DNA of 63,109 nt, filler included, from Octopus bimaculoides (Eukaryota), in the NCBI RefSeq assembly GCF_001194135.2. It is 5 parts of 5 records of this genome, joined end to end, with 100 filler letters (N's around TTAATTAATTAA, not from the genome) between each part and the next. Parts side by side here need not be neighbours in the genome. Positions count along the whole stretch, not along the records: positions 20,196 to 37,106 come from NC_068991.1; positions 37,207 to 44,641 come from NC_069006.1; positions 44,742 to 57,417 come from NC_068981.1; 2 more parts are not named here. One strand, 5' to 3'. Of the stretch, positions 36,214 to 46,812 are shown piece after piece. Below the pieces are notes generated by a model. It made no database searches and was not told where the DNA came from. It saw only the letters and a program-made list of their open reading frames with translations. Position 1 is the first letter of the stretch, and each line of letters starts with the position of its first letter. The position numbers were made by a program, and so were the translations under genes.

Positions 36214-36676
36214 ATGGTCGCTTTGTTTACAATAGTAGTATTATGGAACAGCCACTTTGATGTGGCGATTAACTTTACTTGTTAGTATAGTTACTACTCT
36301 GATCTCTTGATATCTTCTTGAGACTTTACATCTAGCTTGTTGCAAATCAGTGACCATTGGTCACTTTGTTTACAATATATTGCTGGCTGGAGTGAACCCT
36401 GGCTATCGCTCTGGTAACCGGGTACTTGTGTCTGAGGATGAGCCAACCAGCCCAAAACTGAGTCAGTCTCATGATCCTGTTGTCTGCTAGAGGGTAGTAG
36501 GAGTTCGCTTCCTCTGCTAACAATATATAGGGTGCAACATTGCACCGATAACCAGGTAGCAGAGGATTGCCTGGAGTTAAAATATTAGTAACATGGAACA
36601 GTGACTTTGATGTGATTAACTTTACTTGTTAGTATAGTTACTACTCTGATCTCTTCTCGAGATTTTACAACTAGCT
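36214..36676 (+). mobile_element. ~350-bp-period direct-repeat unit with a degenerate hammerhead (retrozyme or PLE-like)
   Basis: ~90-bp direct repeats at 36243-36337 and 36593-36676, HHR-like motif at 36426-36474, and several perfect internal hairpins. Confidence 0.5.
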
Positions 36677-36744
36677 ATTTTACTTGTGTGTGTATATATA
36701 TATTTGGCCAAATGTGTTTTTTTCAATATTTATTTTTGCCTAAG

Positions 36745-36915
36745 GTGGCGAGCTGGCAAAATTGTTAGCTCACCAGGCAAAATGCTTAGTGGTATTTCGT
36801 CTGTCTTTACGTTCTGGGGTCGATAAATTAAGTACTAGCTGCGTACTGGGGTTGATCTAATCAACTGGCCCCCTCCCCATCAAATTTCAGGCCTTGTACC
36901 TAGAGTAGAAGAGAA
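36745..36915 (+). mobile_element. Type B SINE with internal deletion
   Basis: Head joined directly to ggggtcgataaattaagtac. Confidence 0.85.
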
Positions 36916-37106
36916 TATATATTTTTGCTAGCAATAGCTGGTTCTTTTGGTCAAACTATTGTATCTACAGCTGCTTCAGATGCCAAGATATCAAAAATTG
37001 TCAAAGTGTAGTACAATTGTTTTGCTATGAAATGGTGAAATTAGTTTTTTGTTTTCTGAAAAAGCAACGTTTTGGACTTAGGACACTTTTGTATAATAGC
37101 AACGAT

Positions 37107-37206
37107 NNNNNNNNNNNNNNNNNNNNNNNNNNNNNNNNNNNNNNNNNNNNTTAATTAATTAANNNNNNNNNNNNNNNNNNNNNNNNNNNNNNNNNNNNNN
37201 NNNNNN
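37107..37206. other. Artificial 100-bp scaffold spacer
   Basis: 44N-TTAATTAATTAA-44N. Confidence 0.95.
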
Positions 37207-37402
37207 ATTCCTTGTTCTGTGGAATTCGTCTCCAAATTCAAAACAATTCCCAAACTGAAACCAGTTCCTTCACATAATGAACGAGAGAGATCCACTGATT
37301 CATAAAAACTCTTGTGTTCTTTCATCAGAAGTTGTTCTATTCACCATTTATCCAACACAGAATAACACCAGTTTCTTCGGATTACACCGTTTCACTTCCA
37401 AA

Positions 37403-37545
37403 CACTAGGATACCTAGAGCGTGTACCGCTCGGGGCGGCCCTTCCGTTTTCCGCCCCTGGGCCCCACAAAAAAAAAACATTGCTTACAGCAGACCCAAAA
37501 GTGCCACCCGGTGCAGACCGCCCCCCCATCCCAGGTACGCTAGTG
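37403..37545. mobile_element. hAT-type MITE (143 bp)
   Basis: TIRs cactaggatacc / ggtacgctagtg and a perfect 8-bp TSD cttccaaa (37395-37402, 37546-37553). Confidence 0.9.
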
Positions 37546-38182
37546 CTTCCAAACAATTATGTTCGTTTATTCAGTTCATGTTTTAATAGCGACCTACACC
37601 TCAAAGTAACAACTAAGCACCCGACCTGCTGACTTAGCAACCCGTGTTCGATTCCAAATCAAATCTAATCCATGTCTTTTACATCCGTGATGTGTCTGAA
37701 AAACACATGAAACGTTGTAGTAGTATCTTGTTTCGATCGATAAATCATTTGTTTTGTGAATTGTTAAAACATTTCCGACTGAAAGCGGCCCAACTCGAAA
37801 TCTCTTTCCAGTGTTTTTTCAGATCCAACTCTACAAACTCTGCCTGTCAGCCTGTTTTGTTCTCTCTCACCCTCCCTCCTTCTCCTCCGGTCACCCGCAT
37901 TAGCTTTTTTATGTCTGAATTTTCATGGTTTTGCGTATTTAGGACATATTTTAACAAACGTATTCTTTCTATCTTTTATATAAACGCATAAATAGTTATT
38001 TATATAAGGGTTCATCATGTGCCTTTGTATATACATATACACACACAAAATTACTCAAATCGCATATTTTGGGGGTGGTTTTTATCCTTCAAACCCTATA
38101 CTTAATTTCTTATGTTCTTTTGTTTTTTTACCAATGATGATCTCTTCCATGTATGTAAATGCTTTTCTAAATAAACTTGCGC

Positions 38183-38280
38183 TTCATTTTTGAAGCTCTG
38201 AAGAAGTTATAAGGTGAAGTGCAAGTACTCACCTCTGAGTGTACTGCATCATGTAGTCGAAACAGCTGTAAGCTAATGAA
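38183..38280 (+). ncRNA. Type I hammerhead ribozyme-like motif
   Basis: CTGAAGA (38198-38204), long stem II, GAAA (38259-38262), palindromic stem III ACAGCTGT, GUA site at 38268-38270, and stem I agct/agct plus distal ttcatt/aatgaa. Confidence 0.65.
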
Positions 38281-38329
38281 TTTAATTGCATAACTTCCAG
38301 TTCCTTATCATTTGTTTAATTTCACATCT

Positions 38330-38940
38330 TTTATCCTTCATTGGTTTCAACCAGAGGCTGGGGCCATGCTGTAGCACCGATTTTCAGTGTGTTTGGATTT
38401 CTTCTCCGTACTATTTTTGGTGAAGTTGTGAGGTGGACGGAGCTGCTCTTCTTTCTGCATCCTGCCGCGATGTCGGCTTATTTGGTATCTCATATAAGAA
38501 TTTGTCCAAACGCTCTTTGAAGACCTCACAAATCTCTGAAGTTGTTTGATAGAATATTGAACAGTTGTGGACCCTCGAAACCCAAGCTGTTACAGTATTG
38601 GGTTCTTAATCGAGATGGAAAAGACGGGATCTTTGGTACTATGCAGTGCCATCCAGTTCGGCGTTGGTATAGCTTTCAATTCCAAAGATGAAAGCTTGAC
38701 CTTCCAGGATCTTCCATATGCCCATCACTGCACATATTTCGCGTCTTCTATCTAGAAAGTAGAGCTTCGGTTCTTTTAGTCTCTCCCAGTAACTCACCTA
38801 TTTCACAAAATCAATCTTCTTTGTGTAATGATGTTGGACTGCCTCAAGTTTCGCCTCCAGTTTGACGCTCTGCGCTAACCACAGTTTGGAGCAGTAATCC
38901 AGACGGCTGAGAACGAAAGTTCTCCATGGGAATAGCATGG
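38330..38940 (-). mobile_element. CR1/L2-group LINE 3' end (post-RT region plus 3' UTR)
   Basis: RTFVLSRLDYCSKLW...LEAVQ..YTKKI..VSYWERLKE.KLY.L.RRRE....IWKILEG...FKERLDKFL.EIP..P, with frameshifts. Confidence 0.85.
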
Positions 38941-39179
38941 TATCCCCCCCCCCCCCCCCCCCACACACACATGATTAAACTAGTTCAGGGATTTTATAGA
39001 TTAAGATTGTTTTTGTTGCGTGTGTGTGTATATATGTCTTACTTATGAATCTTTGTATGTGTGTGCATAAACACGCACATATCTCTGTATGCATGTTTAT
39101 CTGTATGTATGTGTATATATTTATGTATGTTTGTATGTATGTATCTATCTATCTATATGTGTGTGTGTGTGTGTATTTC

Positions 39180-39420
39180 TTGGGATTTCTTGACAACAGA
39201 GAAAGATTTGGTTTCTAACCTAGATCCAAAGCTTCTTTATTGGAATTTCAACATCAACAGGATATTTTTGTATGTTATGTGTATATGTGCAGTATTTGAA
39301 GTCAGTGCAAGTGCAGATTTGTACGCTTTGTCTTATGCCTGTCTTCTGATGCATATAGTTGCATATCTAAACGTGCATATATACTTGAATAATAAACTTC
39401 TGCAAAGTTTTATAGTTCAG
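39180..39420 (+). repeat. Interspersed repeat family E, copy 3
   Basis: See 2620-2890. Confidence 0.75.
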
Positions 39421-40875
39421 TGAATCAGCTTTCTTCTTTCTGGTTTTGAGAAGCTAATTTCTCAAGATTGGTATTTAGACAGTGTGTTACATATCCCATT
39501 GTCCCAATAATTACAAGTATAAACCTGAACTTGTAATCTGGATAGAGTAATTGTAGATTTCTCAATAGTTCAGCGTAGGTATTTTCATTTTCGCCAATCT
39601 TTACCTTCATGTTAACGCCTGTGGGTAGCTGATTTCTGCTACTGTACACGGTTCCTCTTTTATCCCAAATCATTATGTCAGGACTTTTATATTTACATTT
39701 TATTGAAGAACATTTCACCAGCATTCCTTTTTATTCTAAGTGGTTATGGCCTCTACTATATGGTAGTTTCCTATTTCTTTGGCCTCGTGGTTATCCTTCC
39801 GACAGATCTCATTATACGGTGTCCTGGCTACAATATCATGTCTCATCATTAGATAATACCGCGATGACATTTTTGGACAACTGCTTAAGATATCGCTGAC
39901 ATCTTCGGTGTTAACTCCACAAAGTCCGCATCGGTTTTCACATTTTGGTGTTTTTCCTGCGTCTCTGTTCCTTTTGTGCATCAGGTATTTGGTTGATATT
40001 TCTTGTTCCTCTATTGCAACCGCATATCCTCCAAAGTGAGAATTAATAATCCTGTTGTTGGTCCATGATAGACTGCTTTGATGATCAATGTTATCCCGGA
40101 GCTTTCTGCAAACATAGTCGCGCATGGTCTCCTGCTGATGTATGTTCATTCTTTCATCTGATGATACTTTCAGGTAGGATCGTGTGATTACTTTGCGCAT
40201 GTATTTAAGGTTATCAGACAAGAAATGCTGCTCAAAGAGCTGTTTTCCAAGTCTTATGATGTTATCAGCCTCCAATATGCAGACTTGGTCAAGGGATGCA
40301 TTTTGGCACTTGGTTAAAAGATGTTACCGAAGGGATATGACATGACATTACAAAGGCAGTCAGGATCGATGTTAAGCCTCTGTCCCCTTGTTTTCGTTTT
40401 AGGTAGTGGTTGTCTACATCGCTGTTGATGTGGAAATTATGTGTGCTGGTTAGTATCCTCCGGGTTTTTACATCAATGGCTCAGATCTCATCAAGCAGCC
40501 CCAATGCTGCTTTGAGCATTGCAAATGCATTGTGGGCCACTAGTTTAGTGGATGCAAAGGGTTCCGAGGTCCATATTTTCCTTATCTGGCTGTAATATTC
40601 CTTAATGACACGTGTCTTGTTACAGGTGCCATTGTAAGATATGTTTTCATCCATCCCTAGATACTTGTAACATTCCTCATCAGATATAGGGGAAACAGTT
40701 AAGTCATTAATAGAGATGTTGCTAGTCTGGTTTACAATTTTTCCTCTTTTCACATTACTATCATTTATCTTGACCAAATTTCAACCCTATATCCTTTGAG
40801 AATGTTGTAATCAAGTCAAGGCTCTTTTTCATCTCATGCATATTATTGGCATACAGTTTCAAGTCATGCATGAGT
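39420..40875 (-). mobile_element. R4/Dong-clade (RLE) LINE 3' portion: RT end, zinc knuckle and restriction-like endonuclease
   Basis: MHDLKLY, IGLKFGQDK, YKYLGMDE; knuckle CGLCGVNTEDVSDILSSC followed by RHD; PDIMIWDK...KIGENENTYAEL...LVIIGTMG. Frameshifted. Confidence 0.9.
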
Positions 40876-41057
40876 GCTTGTATGTATGTATGTATGTATG
40901 TATGTATGTATGTATGTATTGAACGCAGCCCTGTCAAGATGGATGCAAATTTCAATATGGCCTTAGTGCTGAAAATGGCTCCGTAAACTTTGATTTACAC
41001 AGTTCAGCCAATTTGAAACTTATTCTATCTTTTATTGTTCTCATGTGAAAGGCTTAC

Positions 41058-41135
41058 AACTTCCACGTCAACTTCACCCACGACATCGGGTTAACAAATT
41101 CGTTCCCCCCACCGCCTCAGTCCGCCATCTTTGTT
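41058..41135 (-). promoter_or_regulatory. Candidate promoter or first exon with a YY1-type motif
   Basis: CCGCCATCTT at 41122-41131 in a CpG-retaining unique island; a minus-strand GTAAGC donor begins at 41057. Confidence 0.3.
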
Positions 41136-41534
41136 TGTGCAAATATGTTGCGCTGACAAATACCAGCTTCCCTCCATCTGACAACGACAGTCGCTGGTGT
41201 GTATGTGTGTGAGCGTGCGTGTGTGTGTGTATGCGTGCTTGCGTGTGCAAGTATGTGTTTGCGTGTGTGGTAGATGCAGCTGCCACCGCCATTATTAACA
41301 CTGAGTATTTGAGGATTTGAAAAGGTTAATAATTCGTCAACTGGAATAGTTAAAACAAAAATAGCTGTCGGTGGGCTGCACACAACATCAGCAGACATTG
41401 ACACGATGCAGTCAACGTCTTTTGCTGAGAAATTTAGTCAGAATGGTTAATGGCCGGCTATGTATCAAATATCTCGATTCTTCCGATACGAAGTTGTGTG
41501 TGTGTGTGTGTGTGTGTTTGTCTTTTATATTTTT

Positions 41535-41735
41535 CTGTTTCAGTCATTAGACTGTGGCCATGCTGGGGTACTGCCTTGAAGAATTTCTTAGTCGAATGAA
41601 TCAACTCCAATACTTATTTCTTTTTAAGCCTGATACTTTTTCTATCAATATTTTTTTTTGCCGAACCGCTAAGTTACAGGGACGTAAACACACCAACATC
41701 GGTCGTCAAGCAATGGGGTGGGGTGGAGAAACACA
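41535..41735 (-). mobile_element. Type C SINE 3' half (rest lies in the gap)
   Basis: gtttcagtcattagactgtggccatgctgg...gccgaaccgctaagttac. Confidence 0.85.
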
Positions 41736-42574
41736 GACNNNNNNNNNNNNNNNNNNNNNNNNNNNNNNNNNNNNNNNNNNNNNNNNNNNNNNNNNNNNNN
41801 NNNNNNNNNNNNNNNNNNNNNNNNNNNNNNNNNNNNNNNNNNNNNNNNNNNNNNNNNNNNNNNNNNNNNNNNNNNNNNNNNNNNNNNNNNNNNNNNNNNN
41901 NNNNNNNNNNNNNNNNNNNNNNNNNNNNNNNNNNNNNNNNNNNNNNNNNNNNNNNNNNNNNNNNNNNNNNNNNNNNNNNNNNNNNNNNNNNNNNNNNNNN
42001 NNNNNNNNNNNNNNNNNNNNNNNNNNNNNNNNNNNNNNNNNNNNNNNNNNNNNNNNNNNNNNNNNNNNNNNNNNNNNNNNNNNNNNNNNNNNNNNNNNNN
42101 NNNNNNNNNNNNNNNNNNNNNNNNNNNNNNNNNNNNNNNNNNNNNNNNNNNNNNNNNNNNNNNNNNNNNNNNNNNNNNNNNNNNNNNNNNNNNNNNNNNN
42201 NNNNNNNNNNNNNNNNNNNNNNNNNNNNNNNNNNNNNNNNNNNNNNNNNNNNNNNNNNNNNNNNNNNNNNNNNNNNNNNNNNNNNNNNNNNNNNNNNNNN
42301 NNNNNNNNNNNNNNNNNNNNNNNNNNNNNNNNNNNNNNNNNNNNNNNNNNNNNNNNNNNNNNNNNNNNNNNNNNNNNNNNNNNNNNNNNNNNNNNNNNNN
42401 NNNNNNNNNNNNNNNNNNNNNNNNNNNNNNNAGTCCGGAGAAAAGCACGTGTCTCGCCACAAAACCGAAAGTTGGAGAGATATAGAGAATATGGTTTCTG
42501 AAGGCAGGAGAGTGGGAAAATTGTCATTGTATGTATATATGTATGTATGTGTGTGTGTAGGTATGTTCGTGTAA

Positions 42575-42795
42575 GACGGCAAGCTGGCAGAAACGTTACC
42601 GTGCCGGACAAAATGCTTAGCGGCATTCCTTCCGACTTTACTTTCTGAGTTTCAAATGCTACCGGGGTTGACCTTACCTTTTCTCCTATTGGGGTCGATA
42701 TATAATAAGTACCAGTTGAGCACTGGTATCGATGTAATCAACTTACCCACCTCCCTCGAAATTGCTGGCCTTGTGCACAAATTTGAAACCAGTAC
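42575..42795 (+). mobile_element. Type B SINE
   Basis: Head, B box, core and tail present. Confidence 0.88.
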
Positions 42796-42974
42796 ATGTA
42801 TATGTGTTTGTATAGTAGTAGTAATAGTAGTAGTAGTAATGAAGGCGCATGGCCTAGCGGTAAGGCTTTTGTACTCGCGATCGCGAGATCCCGATTTCAT
42901 TGCTAGAGTGGGTAGTGAACTCATACATCGCCTTCGACGAGCGAGTTCATTACTACTAACACTACTACTACTAT

Positions 42975-43013
<39 letters not shown>

Positions 43014-43253
43014 AACTACAACTACTACTAGTGGTAACGGCTTGTAGTAACAGCTGTTGCTCTTTTCTTGGTTTCAGTCACAGCATTACGACCATGCTAT
43101 TGTACCGATTCCGACGGTTTCATCGACCATGGTAACACTAGCGTTTATTTTATCGATTACTATTTATCACACCGCTACACCCCTTGGCATAAAGGTACAC
43201 TACATAAGTAACACTGACTTGTAGACCGGTGAGAAAAGAAACCTCCACCACCC

Positions 43254-43312
<59 letters not shown>

Positions 43313-43418
43313 AACTTACTTGGAAATGCGTGGCGTTCAATTAAATAATAAATAGTAAATAACATATATATATATACATGCATATATGGGTACAGGACGT
43401 CACCAACGGTTCAAACAG

Positions 43419-43633
43419 CATGAAATACGTAAACAACGAGAAAAATGGAGAACAGGACAAGTAAACACAGAGAAAGGACCCTTCATCAGTTGTCGGCTGT
43501 CTATTTACTCCTCATTTTGAGCATTCAACGACAATATGAGTCCTCAAAGACAGATGCTCCCATAAATTCTAAAATAAAACTTAGGATTTATTTGTCCTGT
43601 TCTCTATTTTTCTCGTTGTTTACATATTTCATG
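43419..43633. repeat. 47-bp inverted repeat (44/47 identical) around a 121-bp spacer
   Basis: Arms at 43419-43465 and 43587-43633. Confidence 0.9.
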
Positions 43634-44641
43634 TATTAGGTAGTCATGATAAAACTCCGATATCCGAAAACGGCTACCGAATAATTGTCACATATGATAT
43701 NNNNNNNNNNNNNNNNNNNNNNNNNNNNNNNNNNNNNNNNNNNNNNNNNNNNNNNNNNNNNNNNNNNNNNNNNNNNNNNNNNNNNNNNNNNNNNNNNNNN
43801 NNNNNNNNNNNNNNNNNNNNNNNNNNNNNNNNNNNNNNNNNNNNNNNNNNNNNNNNNNNNNNNNNNNNNNNNNNNNNNNNNNNNNNNNNNNNNNNNNNNN
43901 NNNNNNNNNNNNNNNNNNNNNNNNNNNNNNNNNNNNNNNNNNNNNNNNNNNNNTATATATATATATATGTGTGTGTGTGTATATGTATATACCTATATAC
44001 ATACATATTATTTATCATTTATTTAACTGAACGCCACGCATCCACTTCCAATTATGTTTTAAGTTTATCTTCACCTTTTTGATGTGACTCTCTTCTCTAT
44101 ACTGTTTTCTTCCTCCATCTTTCTCTAATTCCCTTTCTCTCCCCCTCCGTCTTTCACCGTTTTCTGTCTGTCTCTCTCTCTCCCCTCTTTCTCTCGTTGA
44201 GTTTTATTATTGCCCATACAGGCGCACAAAGAGGGGAACAACACAATATGAACGGGGTCATATACAAACGAATGGGTTTAAAAATTGATAATGGCAGATG
44301 ATTATCAAATGAAACACAGAAAACATTTACATATACACAATAACACATTGAAGCATTAAAAACAGGTACGCTCCGACCCCACAATCCCAACACCTTGGTT
44401 AACCCTCTTTCTCTCGTTGCTCAAAAGTGACCATAGACCATCTTTCTTTTCCTGCACGGACTTTCAAAAGAACGGGAGTTTTTTTTCTCTCTCCTACCTT
44501 TTCTCTTTTGAAAATCTCTTGTGACACTCTGTAGACAACTAATGCTTCTGTCTGAACCATACAGGTTATTAGTATCGCATTGCATAAGTATAATCATTAT
44601 ATACATAGGCGCAGGAGTGACTGTGTGGTAAGTAGCTTGCT

Positions 44642-44741
44642 NNNNNNNNNNNNNNNNNNNNNNNNNNNNNNNNNNNNNNNNNNNNTTAATTAATTAANNN
44701 NNNNNNNNNNNNNNNNNNNNNNNNNNNNNNNNNNNNNNNNN
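44642..44741. other. Artificial 100-bp scaffold spacer
   Basis: 44N-TTAATTAATTAA-44N. Confidence 0.95.
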
Positions 44742-44850
44742 TATATATATATATATATATATATATTTATAGATATATATATTTATAGATATATATACAT
44801 ATATATACATATGTATATATATGTATATATATGCGTGTATACACACACAA

Positions 44851-44882
<32 letters not shown>

Positions 44883-45239
44883 ACGAACATATATATTGTT
44901 AGACAAATAGAAAGAGAAACAGACATATTCTACATACATGCGAATATATACGTACGTACTTATATAATTATACGGAAACTCTCGTGATGAAGATCAAAAC
45001 ATCTCGAGGCAAATATATCAATGTGAAATGGACAAAGTGCGCAGTATTACCAGACGTTGCCATAGCAATATCTTTGACTTATAAAACACGCAAAAGACAA
45101 ATTACATGTTGAAAAGTTTGAGATACGAAAATTATGTTTTTCGAAGTTGTATGACTTTTACAGGTGTATTCATTTGAAAGTGTCTTTTCGGGGCGTCTTG
45201 AGAAGAAATGTTTAAAGGTATTGAGGTGAAAAAATTGAC

Positions 45240-45555
45240 AACCAACTGGCATTCCGTCGATTACAATGACGAGGATTCCAGTTGATCCAATGGAACAGCT
45301 TACTCGTGAAATTAACGTGCATATGGCTGAGTACTCCACGGACACATGTACTCTTGACGAAGTTCTCAGAGGGATTTAGCGAGGCACAGAGTGTGACAAG
45401 GTTGGCCCTTTTAAATACAGGTGCAACTCATTTTTGCCAGCTGAGTGGACTGAAGCAACGTGAAATAAAGTGTCTTGCTCAAGGACAGAACGCGTCGCCG
45501 GGAATTGAACTCAGGACCTTGCAATCGTTAGCCAAATACCCTAACCACTAAGCCT
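45240..45555 (-). mobile_element. SINE variant: CORE-like head with type A 3' body
   Basis: Tail matches type A. The head contains tgtcttgctcaaggaca and a tRNA-like region different from that of 45835. Confidence 0.75.
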
Positions 45556-45834
45556 TCACTAAAAATATTGATGAATGGAAATGATAAGAAGTGTTTGGTC
45601 AGATAAATGTAGACCAACGTTCATTTGACCATGCTGGAGCATTGCCTTGAAATTAACGTCAGTTTTATATTTTGAAGTCATGCTATCGGTTTTTTTTTTT
45701 TGCAGAACCAGTTCTCAAGCGGTAGGTGGGGACAAACACAGACACAAGGATGCACATATATACATACATACGATGGGATTCCACACAGTTTTCACTCACA
45801 CAGCGTTAGTTGGCCTGGGGTTATCGTAGAGGAC

Positions 45835-46221
45835 GTGGAGGCGCAATGGTCCAGTGGTTAGGGTAGCGGACTCGCAGTCATAGGATCGCGGTTTCGATTC
45901 CTAAACCGGGCGTTGTTAGTGTTTATTGAGCGAAAACACGTAAAAGCTCCACGAGGCTCCGGCAGGGGATGGTGGCGAACCCTGCTGTACTCTTTCACCA
46001 CAACTTTCTCTCACTCTTACTTCTTGTTTCTGTTGTGCCTGTAATTCAAAGGGCCAGCCTTGTCACACTGTGTCACGCTGAATATCCCCGAGAACTATGT
46101 TAAGGGTACACGTGTCTGTGGAGTGCTCAGCCACTTGCACGTTAATTTCACGAGCAGGCTGTTCCGTTGATCGGATCAACTGGAACCCTCGTCGTCGTAA
46201 GCGACGGAGTGCCAACAACAA
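45835..46221 (+). mobile_element. Full-length type A tRNA-derived SINE inserted in a decayed type C SINE (45625-46315)
   Basis: A box tggtccagtggttag, B box ggtttcgattcct, (caa)n tail and a 12-bp TSD atcgtagaggac (45823-45834, 46222-46233). Confidence 0.95.
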
Positions 46222-46776
46222 ATCGTAGAGGACACATGCCTAAGGAGCCGCTTAGTGGGACTGAACTTGAAATCTCGTGGTTGCAAAGCGATCTTCTTAA
46301 CCACCAAGCCATACCTTCCCATTTTCCAAAATTTTTTCAGGCAGATGAAGAAGTGATGAAGATATTTTGCTGAATTCCAAAATGATCGCAATTTAGATGT
46401 ATATAAATTGCAAATTTTGCATTCATTTCTGTAGGTTTTTCCGTTTGATATCAAAATCATTATCAGCTCTTCGAAATGCTAGACAAAGTTGCCAAACTCA
46501 GTTTTTTCTCTCTGTGTCTAAACAATGATGTGTGGTTAAAAGAACGCTGATTAAATCTACGCTCCATCACGTCCATGTGGTATGGGGTGTTTTACATGTC
46601 ATAGCCTTCTGCTTCACATATCATAGCCTCTGCTGTAAATGAGAACTCAAGTTGGATTGTATTAGTATTTCTGTGTGTGCAAGTAGCGCCTATGAATGTT
46701 ATTGACTTGGAGTTCTGATTTTTTCATATATGTTATTATTACAATTATGAAAATTTATGTGTGCGCGGGTATTATA

Positions 46777-46812
<36 letters not shown>

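Noticed and set aside
45835-45910. tRNA-like sequence (also the heads of the other SINE copies)
   Set aside because: Continues into a SINE body with tail and TSD, and no full cloverleaf is evident; not a tRNA gene.
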